A stretch of DNA of 64,000 bases from Amoebophrya sp. A120 (lineage: Eukaryota > Protista > Dinoflagellata), in NCBI GenBank assembly GCA_905178155.1, contig CAJINV010000006.1, positions 4,408,339-4,472,338 on the forward strand, written 5' to 3'. The first letter of the stretch is position 1; the number at the start of each line of letters is the position of its first letter. This document shows positions 13,565 to 25,621 of the stretch, one piece after another. The notes beneath the pieces are model-generated. The model was not told the DNA's origin. It did no database searches and was given only the letters and a program-made list of their open reading frames with translations. The translations under genes and the position numbers were made by a program.

Positions 13565-16500
13565 ATGAGATCTACGGCGACGAGGGTTGTTCCCGCGGCA
13601 GTCTCGAGGGCGGGGTCTCTGGCTGTTTTCTTTGATCTGTTCTTTACTATTACATTCACAACGCCGAAAAGCTCCTGCATTGTTCACGCCGCTTCCGCTT
13701 CCGACACGACAACTTCTTCCACCAGCACACCCGCCGCCCGTCGCGCCAAGCCCAAGAAGTTGGGGAACGCGGTTCTGGCGCCGAAAGCCGGCAGCGAGAG
13801 GGAAAAGCAGGAAGAACTTAGAAAGGAATTTGCACAGAAAGAAAAGGAGGAAGAGAAGCAAAAGCTTTCTATCTGGTTAGAAACCCACGGGGAAGCCCAG
13901 AAAGCGGCGTTTCAGCTATTGTGAGGAAAAATCCCCCCTCCCCATATCGAAAAGGTACGTCGCAGAAAATTTGCAATGCTGATGTGCGACCACAAATCAC
14001 CTCTGTCTTGCAAGAAGGCAATTCCACAGACAACCGCCGCACTATGCAGGTGGTTTGTGATGCTGTTGGGCCTACAGCGCAGACGTTTCTCATGCTAAGA
14101 GCCTAGCCCAAAACCTACCTACTCAGGCTGAGTATGGGCCTGCAGTCCTCTCCAGCAAGACAAATCTGATTTGTGTACGCAAATCCAGCATCGCAGACCT
14201 CGCTTTGATGTGGGGTGGGGGGATTTTTGATTTTGATATCAGCTCGTGACGGAAAGGGAGTATTTGGACCGGTTCCGCGCGCCCGGGGCGAAAGGGACGG
14301 AGAAGATTTTGAAGGATTTAACAAAGCATGTGAGAACAAGAAGTCGAGGACGACAGGACCACAGACAGCAGGAGCAGATAACGCAGGTAGACCAGATCCT
14401 GCGGAGGCAGCAGGAGGCAGAGTTTTACGCAGAGCTGGCGAATCTGAAACAGTCCGGGCGGGAAGTGGTGTACAAGGAACAAGAGAAAATGTTTCAAACA
14501 TGTTTTCAAGCGGTCAAGGAACTCCACGATACATCAAAAATCAAATCTTCGGCGAGCCCGGGCTGGATCCAGCTGATGACGGAATTGGCAGAAGTTCACG
14601 AGCGGAAGCAGCTGTCGGTTGGGCTGTTGAAGAGGAGGACGTCTTCTGCAACTACTATTGCCACGAAGATGAACGACAGTGAAGATCGTGCTGGAAACAA
14701 GGTGGAAATAAAGCGTACTACTCGTAGCGGTAGTCGCAAGAAAGACAGAAGAACCACGAGTCCAGCCAGAGGGTCGCTCTCTCGTCGGGCAAGAACGTCT
14801 TCCCAAGAACGGGACATAAGCACACATTATTTATTTCAGCAGTGGAAAAAATACGACGATGAAGAGGCTCTTCTTGAAGGTGAGGCAGCTACATCCTATT
14901 ACCACCAGAGCCAGTACCTGCTACAGAAAATCGTGCAAATTTATGCTCCTAGTCCAACCCTGCGAACCGGTTCAACTACGCCTTCGCCCGCCTCACTGGA
15001 GTATTACAACAGTACCATAGCAGGAGGAGCGCACAATAAACCACGGACATCCACTATTCCATTCGTATTCGAAGACACTAGCACCTCAGGCGCCAAGAAA
15101 GAGAGTTCTGGCAACCATCAAAACGCTTTGCTAGAGTCGTTTTTGCAGAAATCGCAGTGCCGGGAGTACTTTCAGCTAATGGAAATTCCGGGGAGAACCA
15201 AATCCGAATGGAACAAGGTGAAACAATTGATAGTCGGAGCGGGTTTGTGCACCGCCCCGGACGTCCGGAGGAATTCCTTTTCATCATCTGTGGAAGACGG
15301 TAATGCTTCTACTCCGTTGAATGAATCCCCGGAGAGAGTGGCGGATAAGAAGCGATACGTGCAGGAGAAAAGACGGCTGTATTTCAAGCTTATCGGAGTA
15401 GAACAAGGGGAGCTCAATGAGGCTGCAGATGAGCCTATGACGGACGTCGCGGCCACGGGTGCTGGGACTGTTGCTGCCTCGGCGAACAAAGGATTTTTGC
15501 TGAAGGAGGGACAGGGTAGTGGAGCAGATCACCAAGAACCGGGAAAAGATGTCAAAGGGCTAGAAGTGCTATCTCCTCTGCGGCGAGGTTCTTTTTCTTC
15601 CTCCCGAGCTGCGACCTCTGTACCATCGTCCTCCAGGAGCCCCAGTACGCGGTATGCATCGTATGTGAGCAGTTGCACTTCGCGGCGCAATAGCTGCAGC
15701 ATCGATGACGACGTTTTCATGACAGGCAGCTTGAGCAGCGGAGAGCAAGGTGCAATATCAGCTGGCTCACGGTTCGGGAGCCATGCGAGCTTTCAGAGCC
15801 TGCTTTTGCAGGAAGATCCGATCAGTCGTCCGGCTCTCAGGAGTCCCTCGCCGGCGCTCTCTGCAGCATTGGGAGCCGTTAGTACTGTCGAGGATGAGGA
15901 TAAGGACCATGATCTTGTAGTTCACGGTCCTTATACAACCGACAACAGGTGTACTAGCCGTGTCCCGTATGTTCCAAGCGAGGACGCAGCGGTACACCTT
16001 CTGCCTTCAGCCAAGCCGTCTTCGTCATTTGCAGTGCATATGGACGACGACGAGGTGCCGCAAAGCAAAAAGCATGCTCCCACCACCAGAATTGCAACGC
16101 CGCCGTTGTTTCCCGTGGCAGAAGAGGGCGGGGGTTCTATTGGTGCTGTTGTTCTTCCCATGGCCGCCAGCGCAGCAAGTTCTTGTACTACTATGCCGAC
16201 AAAACAAATTAATGACGCGCGTGATGTTATCCTATTTAAAAAACGTCCCCACCCCATAGTTGTAATGCAAATCTGCATGCTGAAAATGTTTCTCATGCGG
16301 AGCCCCATGAGAAGCATTTTCCAATCGTGTTTTGAAATTTGTCATGCTCCAATCAGCATGGTATGCTAGATCTGTGATGCTGCTGAGCTAGCTCAAACAG
16401 CACTACACTACGAAATTGATTGAGTGCGCCTTTAAGTACAGTGTAGCATGACAAATTTTCCGAGCGCTTTCTGATGCTTAGCGCGCAATACAAACTGCGA

Positions 16501-17127
16501 TGCTTCATGGCGAAACTGTGGCGCTCTTGTTGCTTTTATGCAATACAGATTTTTAAGGAATGGTGGACACGCAACACAGATTCAACCTTTCCAGACCCAG
16601 ACATATTTGCGATGCATATGCTGTTCGAAGTCCTCATGCGCACGGTTGGAAAGGACTATGACAAGATTACTACAACAAGAGCTCCTACCTCTGAACATGA
16701 GCCGAAAAAAACACACCAGCACTCGGAAGTGAAAGAAGCCGAGCGAGTGTTGCTGCAAGTGCTGCAGACTTGCGTCGATTTGAACCCTTTTTTGAAGTTG
16801 TACGGGGAAGAAAGTGTGGCGAAAGTGCTGCGGTTCTTCGTGAATATGAAGACACAGATGAAAGGTGGTCGTGAGGACGAAAATCTACGAGAGGGCCCTC
16901 GTGCTGACCACCCTGTTCAAGAAGTACGTGCTGTCAGTACGAGTCACGCGACCTCCTCGTCCTCGCACGCTACTACTCTGACAACAACTTCATCTCCGGA
17001 TGTTCCTGCGACAACTTCTTCTTCAACTTCTAGAGGGGCTGGGCCTGGGGAAACTAGTACAACCAGAAATAACTACCGTCGCACCTGGGCCAGCCTACTT
17101 GACACAGTGCGGTTTGATCGCATCTAG
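13565..17127 (+). CDS. Spliced gene, Ser-rich protein of unknown function
   Basis: ATG 13565; removing 13917-14238 plus TCAGC joins FQ-LVTERE into the 707-aa frame. The last junction (chimeric element 16228-16618) does not restore frame by the simple rule, so the final exon is tentative. Confidence 0.65.
13917..14238. mobile_element. Introner family B
   Basis: DR TCAGC. Confidence 0.9.
16228..16618. mobile_element. Chimeric introner (C left end, A right end)
   Basis: Mismatched TIRs, no matching DR (GATGT/TGCTG). Confidence 0.7.
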
Positions 17128-19577
17128 CGTCCATGTGGAGTTTGATGCGTAGTAGGAGCGGATTTCATATATGTTCATAGGTTTATTCCAGGAGCGAAGA
17201 AGGTAAGAGGTGTCTGGAATGAATCAGATTTTAACTCATCGCAAATAAGGTTCTTGACAAAAAAGGAAGAGCAGTGCCCTTTATTTGGATAGACTAGCAA
17301 CTTTTTAAATTTTCCGCGTATAATCATCTAGCTATAGGTAGCGCGCTCGTTGAAGCTTGCCTGTGCTTGCAGTTTGCAAGGCTGCGGGTAAGTAGTCGGG
17401 CCAGGGCTTTTGATACCAGGCCGCTATGTAGTTTTTCATAGCAAAAAAAAATACAACGAAATTTTGTTTTTTTTTCCCTATTTGTTGGGCAAGTAAGTAA
17501 CTTAAAAGCGACAATTTGTTTCTCCGAATAACCACGTGCGAAAGTACTATATCTTTCTAGGATAGAAAGTCACGATAGTACAGCCCGATATTAGTTTTTG
17601 CAGCTGTATAGGCTCGCACGAGATGAGGCGAACGAGTGCGGGCTTTTTTTTTGTCTTTTTTACGCTTCAAGTGAAGTAGACGATGAGCTAGGTAAGAAGA
17701 GCTACACGTTGCGATTATTATATCGAGACTTGCTATAGCGACTAAGTGTATGGCGTTTTGATTTATTTTCCCGCTCGTTTAATTCTATCACTTCTCCGCT
17801 TGAGAAATAATACAAATAAATTGATTCGAGAAAAGCGCCCAGCATGATTTTCCTTTTATTATTGATGTTTTTGTTTTTCGTCCAAGACTAGATGTAGTAT
17901 CAAGAAGCGGGGCCGCATGCAGATGGAAGCATGTTTATAGTAGGAAGCCTAGCCCTGAAGATAAGGATAACCAGAGCCACACTTTATTTTCCCGGGATAG
18001 TATGAAGCATCAGACGTCTTTTTTAGGACATCTAATGCAACGTGAAAACCCAAACGAGCAGCTGCAGGTCCAACGCGAAAAGTAGTTGTCGACCATTTGT
18101 ATGCCTCCTGCCAAAATGGTGATGGGAAAGGAACAAACCGTGACTCAATATAATATCCGAAATCTCTAGCCATGAATTTTTGTACAATTTTTACATGCTA
18201 TCCAACTTTTACCAGCCACTACCGTACTCACTATCCGTATTTACTAGCCTATGAAGTTGTTGTACGTAAAACTTCAAGAACAATTCCGGCTCACACAATT
18301 TTTATACCGGACGAATATTATACAATTTTTATGCCGCGCAATCTGTAGTTGTCTTCCTTCGTATTGAATATTGGTTCGGTGACCGAACTGTAATACGAAC
18401 AGATCCACTTCTCCTGAGAATGTTTCTTTAACAACTGCTGGTGCATGTATCATTTTATTTTTTAGGACAACAAAAAGAACAAAGTAAAAATCAAAAACAA
18501 ACTCTACATCAAGGTCAACAACAAACTCACACTTCCTTTTATCGCACTAGGCGGCCCACCGATGGCGAAGATTCTTCTAATAAACGCACAACTTCATGGG
18601 AGGACACAATATACGATACTTCGATAGTACCGTCAGCACGATGAATCTGTTTGCAGAGAAGTTCGGTGGGCCTGCAGATTGTAGAAGGAACAGTATAGTT
18701 TTTGGAGCCCAGGCTAATTTCTAACTAACAGGGGCGAACGAGAAGAAATCGGAAAAGAATGAATCAAGAGAAGGAGTGGGGGAAAAATTATAATCTTCGA
18801 GTTGCACTGCTGCTCTGTTTCACCGTGCCGCAACTTCCTCGAAGTGGGTGCGACCTGGAGCTTCCTTAATGTGCCGGGGGGAGTTTTGTTCGACCACTGC
18901 TAGCCCGATTTTTATTCGTTGCCGTCGCTGGTGGTGCTGCTTTTGCGACCACAAGGGACTATAATATGACCAGAACCAGATCAGGACCACCAGCTCTAAT
19001 ATAATTGCATGACTTTTTGTTCCAATGCACTTCCATGATGCGACAAAGATATGAGCCGGAGTTGTCGAAGGTCTTCGTCTACCACTACTCTGCAAAAGAG
19101 CCGACAGCAACAGGCGCGTTATGAGGGTCGATTGACCATAACCATTCAGCCCATTTAAGCCATTCGTAAAAAATGAAAAGCAAAATCGTAGGGCCTTGCT
19201 CTCCGGGGACTTTTCCTGGGGGCAGGCTGGTTGCCAGTATAGACCTACCCCTCGGCGTTGCGGAGCCTGTCTGCCTCGTCTCCGAACTTCGGGGTGTGGT
19301 CTCGCAGCTTAGCGGCGGGCTCCCCGTCATGGCGCGGAAAAATAACCGAAAATGACAATGGGCCGAGCTGGAACGAGACAGCTTTTTGATGAACAATTGC
19401 AGGCGTAGCTACTTCGTTTTGACTAAATTCGGACCATCTTTCGTTGCTGCAAAATTGCGAGCTTCGGTACGTTTTTTCGATTTCGGCCGCCCCGCGCGGC
19501 GAGAGAATTTGTTGAGAGAGGAAAAAAAGCAGCGCCTTCCAGCCCAAAAAAAAAAAATCTAGCTCAAAGCGCGCGCT

Positions 19578-19880
19578 GGCCATCCGGGCCATTCGAGCCA
19601 TTCGCGTGGGCCGCCCGGGAACGGCCGGCGCACCGTTCAGGGGCAGTCCATTCGACCCATTCGCGCGCGCGAACGGCCCGAATGGGCTGAATGGGTCGAA
19701 TGGATCTAACGGCCTGAATGGCTCGAGTTTCCGGTCCATTTAGGCCTGTAAGGTGGGCCGCTCGGTCCATTCGGGCCCTGCGAATGGCCCGAATGGGTCG
19801 AATGGCTCGAATGGGTCGAGTGGCTCGAATGGATTTCCGGTCGTTTTCCGAATGGATCGAATGGCCCGCGGCTGAACGGG
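19578..19880. repeat. 9-mer (CGAATGGSY/GCCATTCG) repeats in direct and inverted orientation
   Basis: gccattcgagccattcg on the left; gaatgggtcgaatggctcgaatgggtcg on the right. Confidence 0.75.
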
Positions 19881-20282
19881 CCCGCGGGCCGGCTGGGCCG
19901 GTCTGGTCCGAAGGCCCGGCCGTCTGGCCGGAAGCGCTGTGGCGGAGGGCCGGGCGCCTCGTTTGCGTCATATTTTTTTGCCTGCTTGCAGGACGACGGA
20001 ATCGAAAATGCCATAGGAGCGGAGGGGAGCACTGGCGGGCGTAGCTGGTATCTTGCGCTGCATGCGCGTGGGCCCTTTGATCGGGCCAAGCCTCGGGTCG
20101 TCGCTTCGCCACCATGGCGTCTCGGCTTGGGTTCACGGGAGTTGTGCGAGGCGTGGCGCACCAGGTCCCAGGTGGAGATAATATGGAGCAACATTGTTGT
20201 CGGGCTGCGTGGAGATGAATGGCCGAAACGTTCAGCAGTGCCACGACCGGGAACACAGATGGCGGACCAGCTGGCCCCGGGA

Positions 20283-20297
20283 CCATTTTGGCTCAAG
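20283..20297 (+). other. 15-nt match to the 3' part of the dinoflagellate spliced leader
   Basis: CCATTTTGGCTCAAG vs DinoSL DCCGTAGCCATTTTGGCTCAAG; not followed by GT, so not an SL RNA gene. Confidence 0.45.
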
Positions 20298-21560
20298 TTG
20301 GTTTGCATTGAAAATATTTTTTTTTTTCTTCAATGGCCTAAATAGCTCGAATGGTTATGGTCAGTCTGACCCTCTTGAGGCGCGGTTCTGGGAGTGCGAT
20401 CTAGCAACTACTTGATTTTTATTTGGTGAAGTAGATGTAGGCCATGACCAGTCATTGACTTATTCTAGCAGCACAGTCAGGGCGCTGCAAGTTCTTTGGT
20501 GCGGATGGAAAGGCTCTCCATCAAAGATCTATCGATAAGGAGCAAAACACGCAGAGAGTATTTTTGATTGAAAATCTGCACTCGCCCGATGGACGCACGA
20601 GACGAAATTCCGGCACGAGTATTAATTCATCACTTCTTCAAGATCTATCGCTGGTACAACAAGAACTTTAGCGCAACAAGAAGTGACCAGTCCGTCTCTG
20701 GATCTCTTCGTATTATTTGTGCCCTGGTTCTTTCTCTGGATCTCATCTTTTGGTAGTTGGGCGTCAGGAGCTCTTTCTCGATCTAGTACGAATTTTATAT
20801 GATTTTTCGCCGCAGTTGCAGTAGCAGGAGCACGACCACGAGATCTACTGTAGGCATATGTTTTCACTTTACTTACGCATTTTCGTAGCAATATGGTTTT
20901 TATTCTTAAGCTCGAACGCATTGCAATAAAATTTTTCACCTACCAAAAAACCACACAGGCCGCTCAACTTCGAGGGGACTAAAAATTTATAAAGAATTTG
21001 TGACTGATGTAGATCAATCAAGATAAAACGAACCAACGACAACATTTCTGCTGTAGCGGTTTGTGTACTTCTACAAGAATAGCACGGAAAATTTTCAAGA
21101 ACACCTGAAAAAGCGCCTTCAAGAAACTAAGCTCTAGCACCACTTATAGAAAAAGAACAACATAAAAAGGCGATAGGGCAATTTCACTGATTCAATTTCA
21201 CGACGACAATTCCGTAGTCGAAGCAAGTTTTTTATCTTTGATATCACGACAAATGTTATCTTGTGTCATCTGTAAGTGTTTTTGTTTCCAACTTCGAAAA
21301 TAAGGTAATAAAGCGAGCATCTCTACTGTACGTGTAAAATTAAATGTATGCCCGGGCAGTAGCAGGCTAGCGAGCCTGTGAGTCTAGGCTGAGGCTGGTC
21401 GGGCGGTATTTTATGTCTGTCCAAGCCCAGCCCTTCTCCGGTAGCCAGGGGCTTGATGATTGTGAGGGTGAACCTCGTCCCGTTCTGGGTCGAAGTTTGT
21501 TTCCTTTCTCTCTTGCCCCCAGGGAGTAACGCCCCTGCCGTTGGTAGTAAGTTTTGGTCC

Positions 21561-21795
21561 ATCCGCCTCAGGAAAGTGTCTCTCATCCGCTTGTCGGAAA
21601 GTTTGGTATCATCCGCTTTGCGGACAGTTTTGGATATCCGCTTTGCGGAAAGTTTAGCCCAATCCGCGTTGCGGACTGACAGTTTTTGGCTTGACCCAAT
21701 CCGCTTTGCGGACTGACAGTTTTTGGTTTGGCCCAATCCGCTGTGCGGACTGACAGTTTTTGGAATGAGTTTCTGGTCTATCCGTTGAGCGGATA
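21561..21795. repeat. Array of ~8 ATCCGC-NNN-GCGGA hairpin units (24-43 bp spacing)
   Basis: e.g. atccgctttgcggactgacagtttttgg, repeated with variation. Confidence 0.85.
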
Positions 21796-22245
21796 GCTTT
21801 TGACCTCCCTGATGGTGCTCTCGCTGTCAAGAACAGCGAGAGTACGTAGATCATGCGGTCTCGCCTTGCTTTGGGAAGGAGGGTCGTTTGGCACTGGCGG
21901 TTCGAACCCGTTACCCTTGCGAACTTTTTCCCAAGCCATGGCGCTTGGCTTTTGGTGGTATTATGGTCTTTATTTTGATCCTCAAAGAAATCCCATTGCA
22001 ACGCGAGGCCGCAAGGCTCAGCCTAGATCTAGAATGAGGCTCTCTTTTAGTCTCCGCTCCCTGGAATGATTCCGATTTTGGGTATAGTGTATTGGACAGC
22101 CAGTGGCTTTGGATTTTACGGGTGCTCCACCCTTGTTTTCATTTTCCCTTCAGGCTTTCAGGTTGCCCTTTTTGGCTTTTACAGTGCTAGAGCTTGTCTA
22201 TTTCCTTTTCACGCGGTTCTGGTCCTAGTTTCTGTCTGGTACACG

Positions 22246-23286
22246 ATGTTCAACGTTATCAAGAATTTTCACAAGAAGTTGGAAGAAGACAAGAAAAATG
22301 CCCCTCCGCCTCAGGGCCGCGGGTTGGCGGACCGGGTTTCCCGGGTTTTAGAAGATTCATCTCGGGATGGGTCGTCTCAGTTTTCCTTTCCAGCAACCGG
22401 GGACTCGCGAAAAACGCGAACGTCGACACAGATGAAGACAGCATGCAGGCTGGCCTCGGACGCAACTGCTTTGTCGCAGTGCGTCCGCTTTCTTGGGGAG
22501 ATAACGTCCATGGCTTCGGCGTCGACCACGAAGTCGCAAATTCTCAAGTATGAACGTATCACGCGGGCTAGCGGGGAGGAGCCCTGGCCTGCCACTTTCA
22601 GGACGGTGGAGAATTTTATCGCGGTAGCTTTGACTACTGGATACAAAACCTTCGATGATGATGTTAGCCTGGTACTTAAGCACGCGCGGAAGGGCGGCCA
22701 GTTTGCTCTGACCGATGTGGAGGAAGGTTTTGTGTGGTCTTTGCTTAGTAGCCTACGGCGAAAGGGAGTTTTTAACCACAAGCAAAAACCTCCAGTTTTT
22801 CGGGCCCACATCATGAAAGTTCCGCGCGCGGAGGATAGGGGCAAGCTTTTGCCGGCCTTCCTTTTCGGGCTTCGCAAGTCGGAAGCCTTGCAGATCAATA
22901 AGAGCATCAAGATTTTGTGGGGTCAGCACTCCACTGGGCTGGATTTCCGCGGGGCGGTTTTGAAGTCGAATAGTACGGCGGCGACGCGGGTAAAGTGCGC
23001 ATGTAGTAGTGGTTTGGGCCGCAGTTCCTGTCTTCATGCGTATCGGGGAACTCTTGACGCTGTTCAGGGAATCGACGTCGAGCACTTGCTCGATAAATAT
23101 AGCATGCAGACTACCTCCCACTCCTTACGGATAGGAGTCCTCCTCGCGATGCTCTCCCAACGCTACACAAATTTACAAGTGACAAGCCACTTGAGGTGGC
23201 AGAGTCCTGTCGTGGTGATGTATTATTCGCGATGTCAGGGCTTATTTGAGGCCCCCCAATATGATCTGACTTGCCCGATCGCTTAG
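22246..23286 (+). CDS. Tyrosine recombinase (DIRS/Ngaro/Crypton-like)
   Basis: FLFGLRKSEAL (R), TSHSLRIG (HxxR), HLRWQS (W), MYYSR (Y); intronless; ORF open from 22066, ATG 22246 preferred. Confidence 0.88.
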   Translation: MFNVIKNFHKKLEEDKKNAPPPQGRGLADRVSRVLEDSSRDGSSQFSFPATGDSRKTRTSTQMKTACRLASDATALSQCVRFLGEITSMASASTTKSQILKYERITRASGEEPWPATFRTVENFIAVALTTGYKTFDDDVSLVLKHARKGGQFALTDVEEGFVWSLLSSLRRKGVFNHKQKPPVFRAHIMKVPRAEDRGKLLPAFLFGLRKSEALQINKSIKILWGQHSTGLDFRGAVLKSNSTAATRVKCACSSGLGRSSCLHAYRGTLDAVQGIDVEHLLDKYSMQTTSHSLRIGVLLAMLSQRYTNLQVTSHLRWQSPVVVMYYSRCQGLFEAPQYDLTCPIA

Positions 23287-23640
23287 TCGATCGCTGAACA
23301 AATGCGATGCTTTCTCCTGTACCGAAATCAAGCGCGATGCTTCTGGCGCCACAAATTGGGCCCCTGGGTTCCTTTCTTTCTCATTGCTTCCGAAATTTGG
23401 AAGGCACGAAAATTCCCCTGTTCCTGTTCTGAGAGATGTAAAATCTATATCTACGCTGCGCTTCGACGTACTTCTTGTGGGGTCCTTCTTGGGAATCCGA
23501 CTGCTCAGAATCTCTTCCACTTTCTCTGATTTTCTTTCTTCTGTGCTTGGACAGGGACTTTTGGTATCTGCGTTGCAGATTGTAGTTGTGCATCAGAGTT
23601 ACTTTTAGGTTCACTAGCCACCTACCACTTCTTTTCCACC

Positions 23641-24459
23641 ATGCCTGAGCAAGTTTTGTACGAAGAGGCACTTGATGGCCAGGATCCTCCGGCCGAAGCG
23701 GGGAAGGATGCAAACGCCGCGGCTGTTGTGGCGTTGTTAGGCTCCCTCGTGGGGAAGGCGACGAAGGAGGTCGCTGACGAGGAGAAGGATGCTGAAGCGT
23801 GCCAGCCTCAGCACGGGCTTTGTGAGGGCGTTCTTCTGTCGGCCGGCAATTTTTCCAAGGCTTTCGGGTCTATCAAGAAGCGAGGCGTCCACTTTATCAC
23901 TTTCAAGGATGAAGCAGACATTATTGGGTTTCTGGGAGTCTTACTCCATGCGGCGAAGATGGAGGCCCACCTGGCGAATAATCTCGGGCTGTCTTTGCTG
24001 TTGCGCTACAGCGTGTATCCGATCTGGGTGACGCTTTTCAATTTTATGTGGAAGGAGACCTCCACGCTTGTGGTGGAGAATTCCGCTCTTCTAGGTGGTC
24101 CGAAGGTTACGAGCACGGAGCCGGTTGATGTTTACGCCCGCCGGGTGTGGGTCTGGCTTGTGTCCGTGGGGATGTCCCGCATGGACACTCTGACTGGTCG
24201 GGGGAAGCCTGCCGACAAATCTGCCCTGCCTCCGCCGCTCAAGAAGTTCCGCTATGGCGAAGGAAAGATGGACGGTCCCTGTGCGATCTATTTACAGCAC
24301 GGGCCTTGCAGTCGGGGAGCCGCTTGCCGCTGGCAGCACAAGGCCCCGGAAAGTTTGGAAGCCCTCAAGCAAGTCGTCACGGCGAAGGGTTGGAGTTTCT
24401 GCCCGGAAGCCGCTTGGAAGAAGCATGATAAGCCGTCCGCTAGTTCCACCAAGAAGTAA
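23641..24459 (+). CDS. CCCH zinc-finger protein, possible Gag-like ORF
   Basis: CAIYLQHGPCSRGAACRWQH = C-x8-C-x5-C-x3-H; intronless 272-aa ORF inside the element. The Gag role is inference. Confidence 0.7.
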   Translation: MPEQVLYEEALDGQDPPAEAGKDANAAAVVALLGSLVGKATKEVADEEKDAEACQPQHGLCEGVLLSAGNFSKAFGSIKKRGVHFITFKDEADIIGFLGVLLHAAKMEAHLANNLGLSLLLRYSVYPIWVTLFNFMWKETSTLVVENSALLGGPKVTSTEPVDVYARRVWVWLVSVGMSRMDTLTGRGKPADKSALPPPLKKFRYGEGKMDGPCAIYLQHGPCSRGAACRWQHKAPESLEALKQVVTAKGWSFCPEAAWKKHDKPSASSTKK

Positions 24460-25621
24460 GGCGCTGCCCTGTTGCAACATCTTGTGGGATGTCGCCGGGG
24501 TGGACCTGTGCGTACGTATTTGCTCTGTGGTCGGCAGATGAATTCTTTTGCGTAACTCTGGCACGCCGTCTACTGTTTTGCGCTAGTGAAGAGGTGCGCG
24601 CCGCTTGGCTGTCTAGTACACTCTATCTGCGAGGGCTGGTGTTCATTTCTTCTTCTTGGCCTGTGGTGGCAGTTTTTCCTCGATCGGTTTTCGTCCGCTC
24701 GGGTTTTGGTGTTTTCACTTTCTACTACCAGCCACTTGTCGGTCCGGCGTCGTCGTCACGCCCTCGTCTATGGGGCGCACCGGTTGTCCCAAATTCATCG
24801 TCTGGTCGCTAGCGTCGTGACGGGTTCTTTGGGCTGCTTCGGCGTATCGGGCCTCCGCCGGTGGGGTAGGTGCTTCCAGGGCGCCTCCTTGTACGACGCA
24901 GTGGGAGATGCTCCCATCGAGCGATCATCCAAAGGGTGATCCTTCCGCTGTGACTGAATAAAATGTATGCCCGGGCAGTAGCAGGCTAGCGAGCCTGTGA
25001 GTCTAGGCTGAGGCTGGTCGGGCGGTATTTTATGTCTGTCCAAGCCCAGCCCTTCTCCGGTAGCCAGGGGCTTGATGATTGTGAGGGTGAACCTCGTCCC
25101 GTTCTGGGTCGAAGTTTGTTTCCCCGCCCACCCACCCGGTTTTGTTTCCGCAGTTACTTCGGATGGGTCGCTAGGTCTCGCGCCGCTCCAGTTTCTTTTG
25201 GGGTAGGACAGAGGCCGAAATATGTCTTCCACAGCGAGGGTAGGTGCTTCCAGGGCGCCTCCTTGTGCGACGCAGTGGGAGATGCTCCCATCGAGCGATC
25301 ATCCAAAGGGTGATCCTTCCGCTGTGACTGAATAAAATAATAGTTGTGACACGGAGGGACGACGTCTGCTCGACGTCCCTCTGTTTAATCTTTTCTCTAT
25401 TTAATCGCGAAGTGAGGTGGAAGTATCGAAATCGATCTGCTTGAAGATGGTTGCCAGCGAGCAGAACAAGGTAGATTTTGAGTTCCATACTTCGTTTCGC
25501 AATTATCTTTTGGGGTGAGTAGGTAGGAAGAGGAACAACATCAAAAATTTAAGATTTTTACGCTCTTAGCATTCAGCACTTCGTAGTTGTTGAAAGAAGC
25601 TACAATTCTTCAGACTCCAAG

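Larger units (their letters stand above)
21342..25338 (+). mobile_element. Tyrosine-recombinase element with split direct repeats (A1...B1-A2-B2), no RT visible
   Basis: A1 21342-21504 = A2 24961-25123; B1 24864-24964 = B2 25238-25338 (1 mismatch); AAAT shared at both ends and at the B1/A2 junction. Confidence 0.9.

Noticed and set aside
22246-23286. The YR as the introner mobiliser
   Set aside because: Introners have TIRs and arbitrary 5-bp duplications, which fits a staggered-cut DDE-type enzyme; the YR element has its own AAAT core and lacks the introner motif. Not formally excluded.
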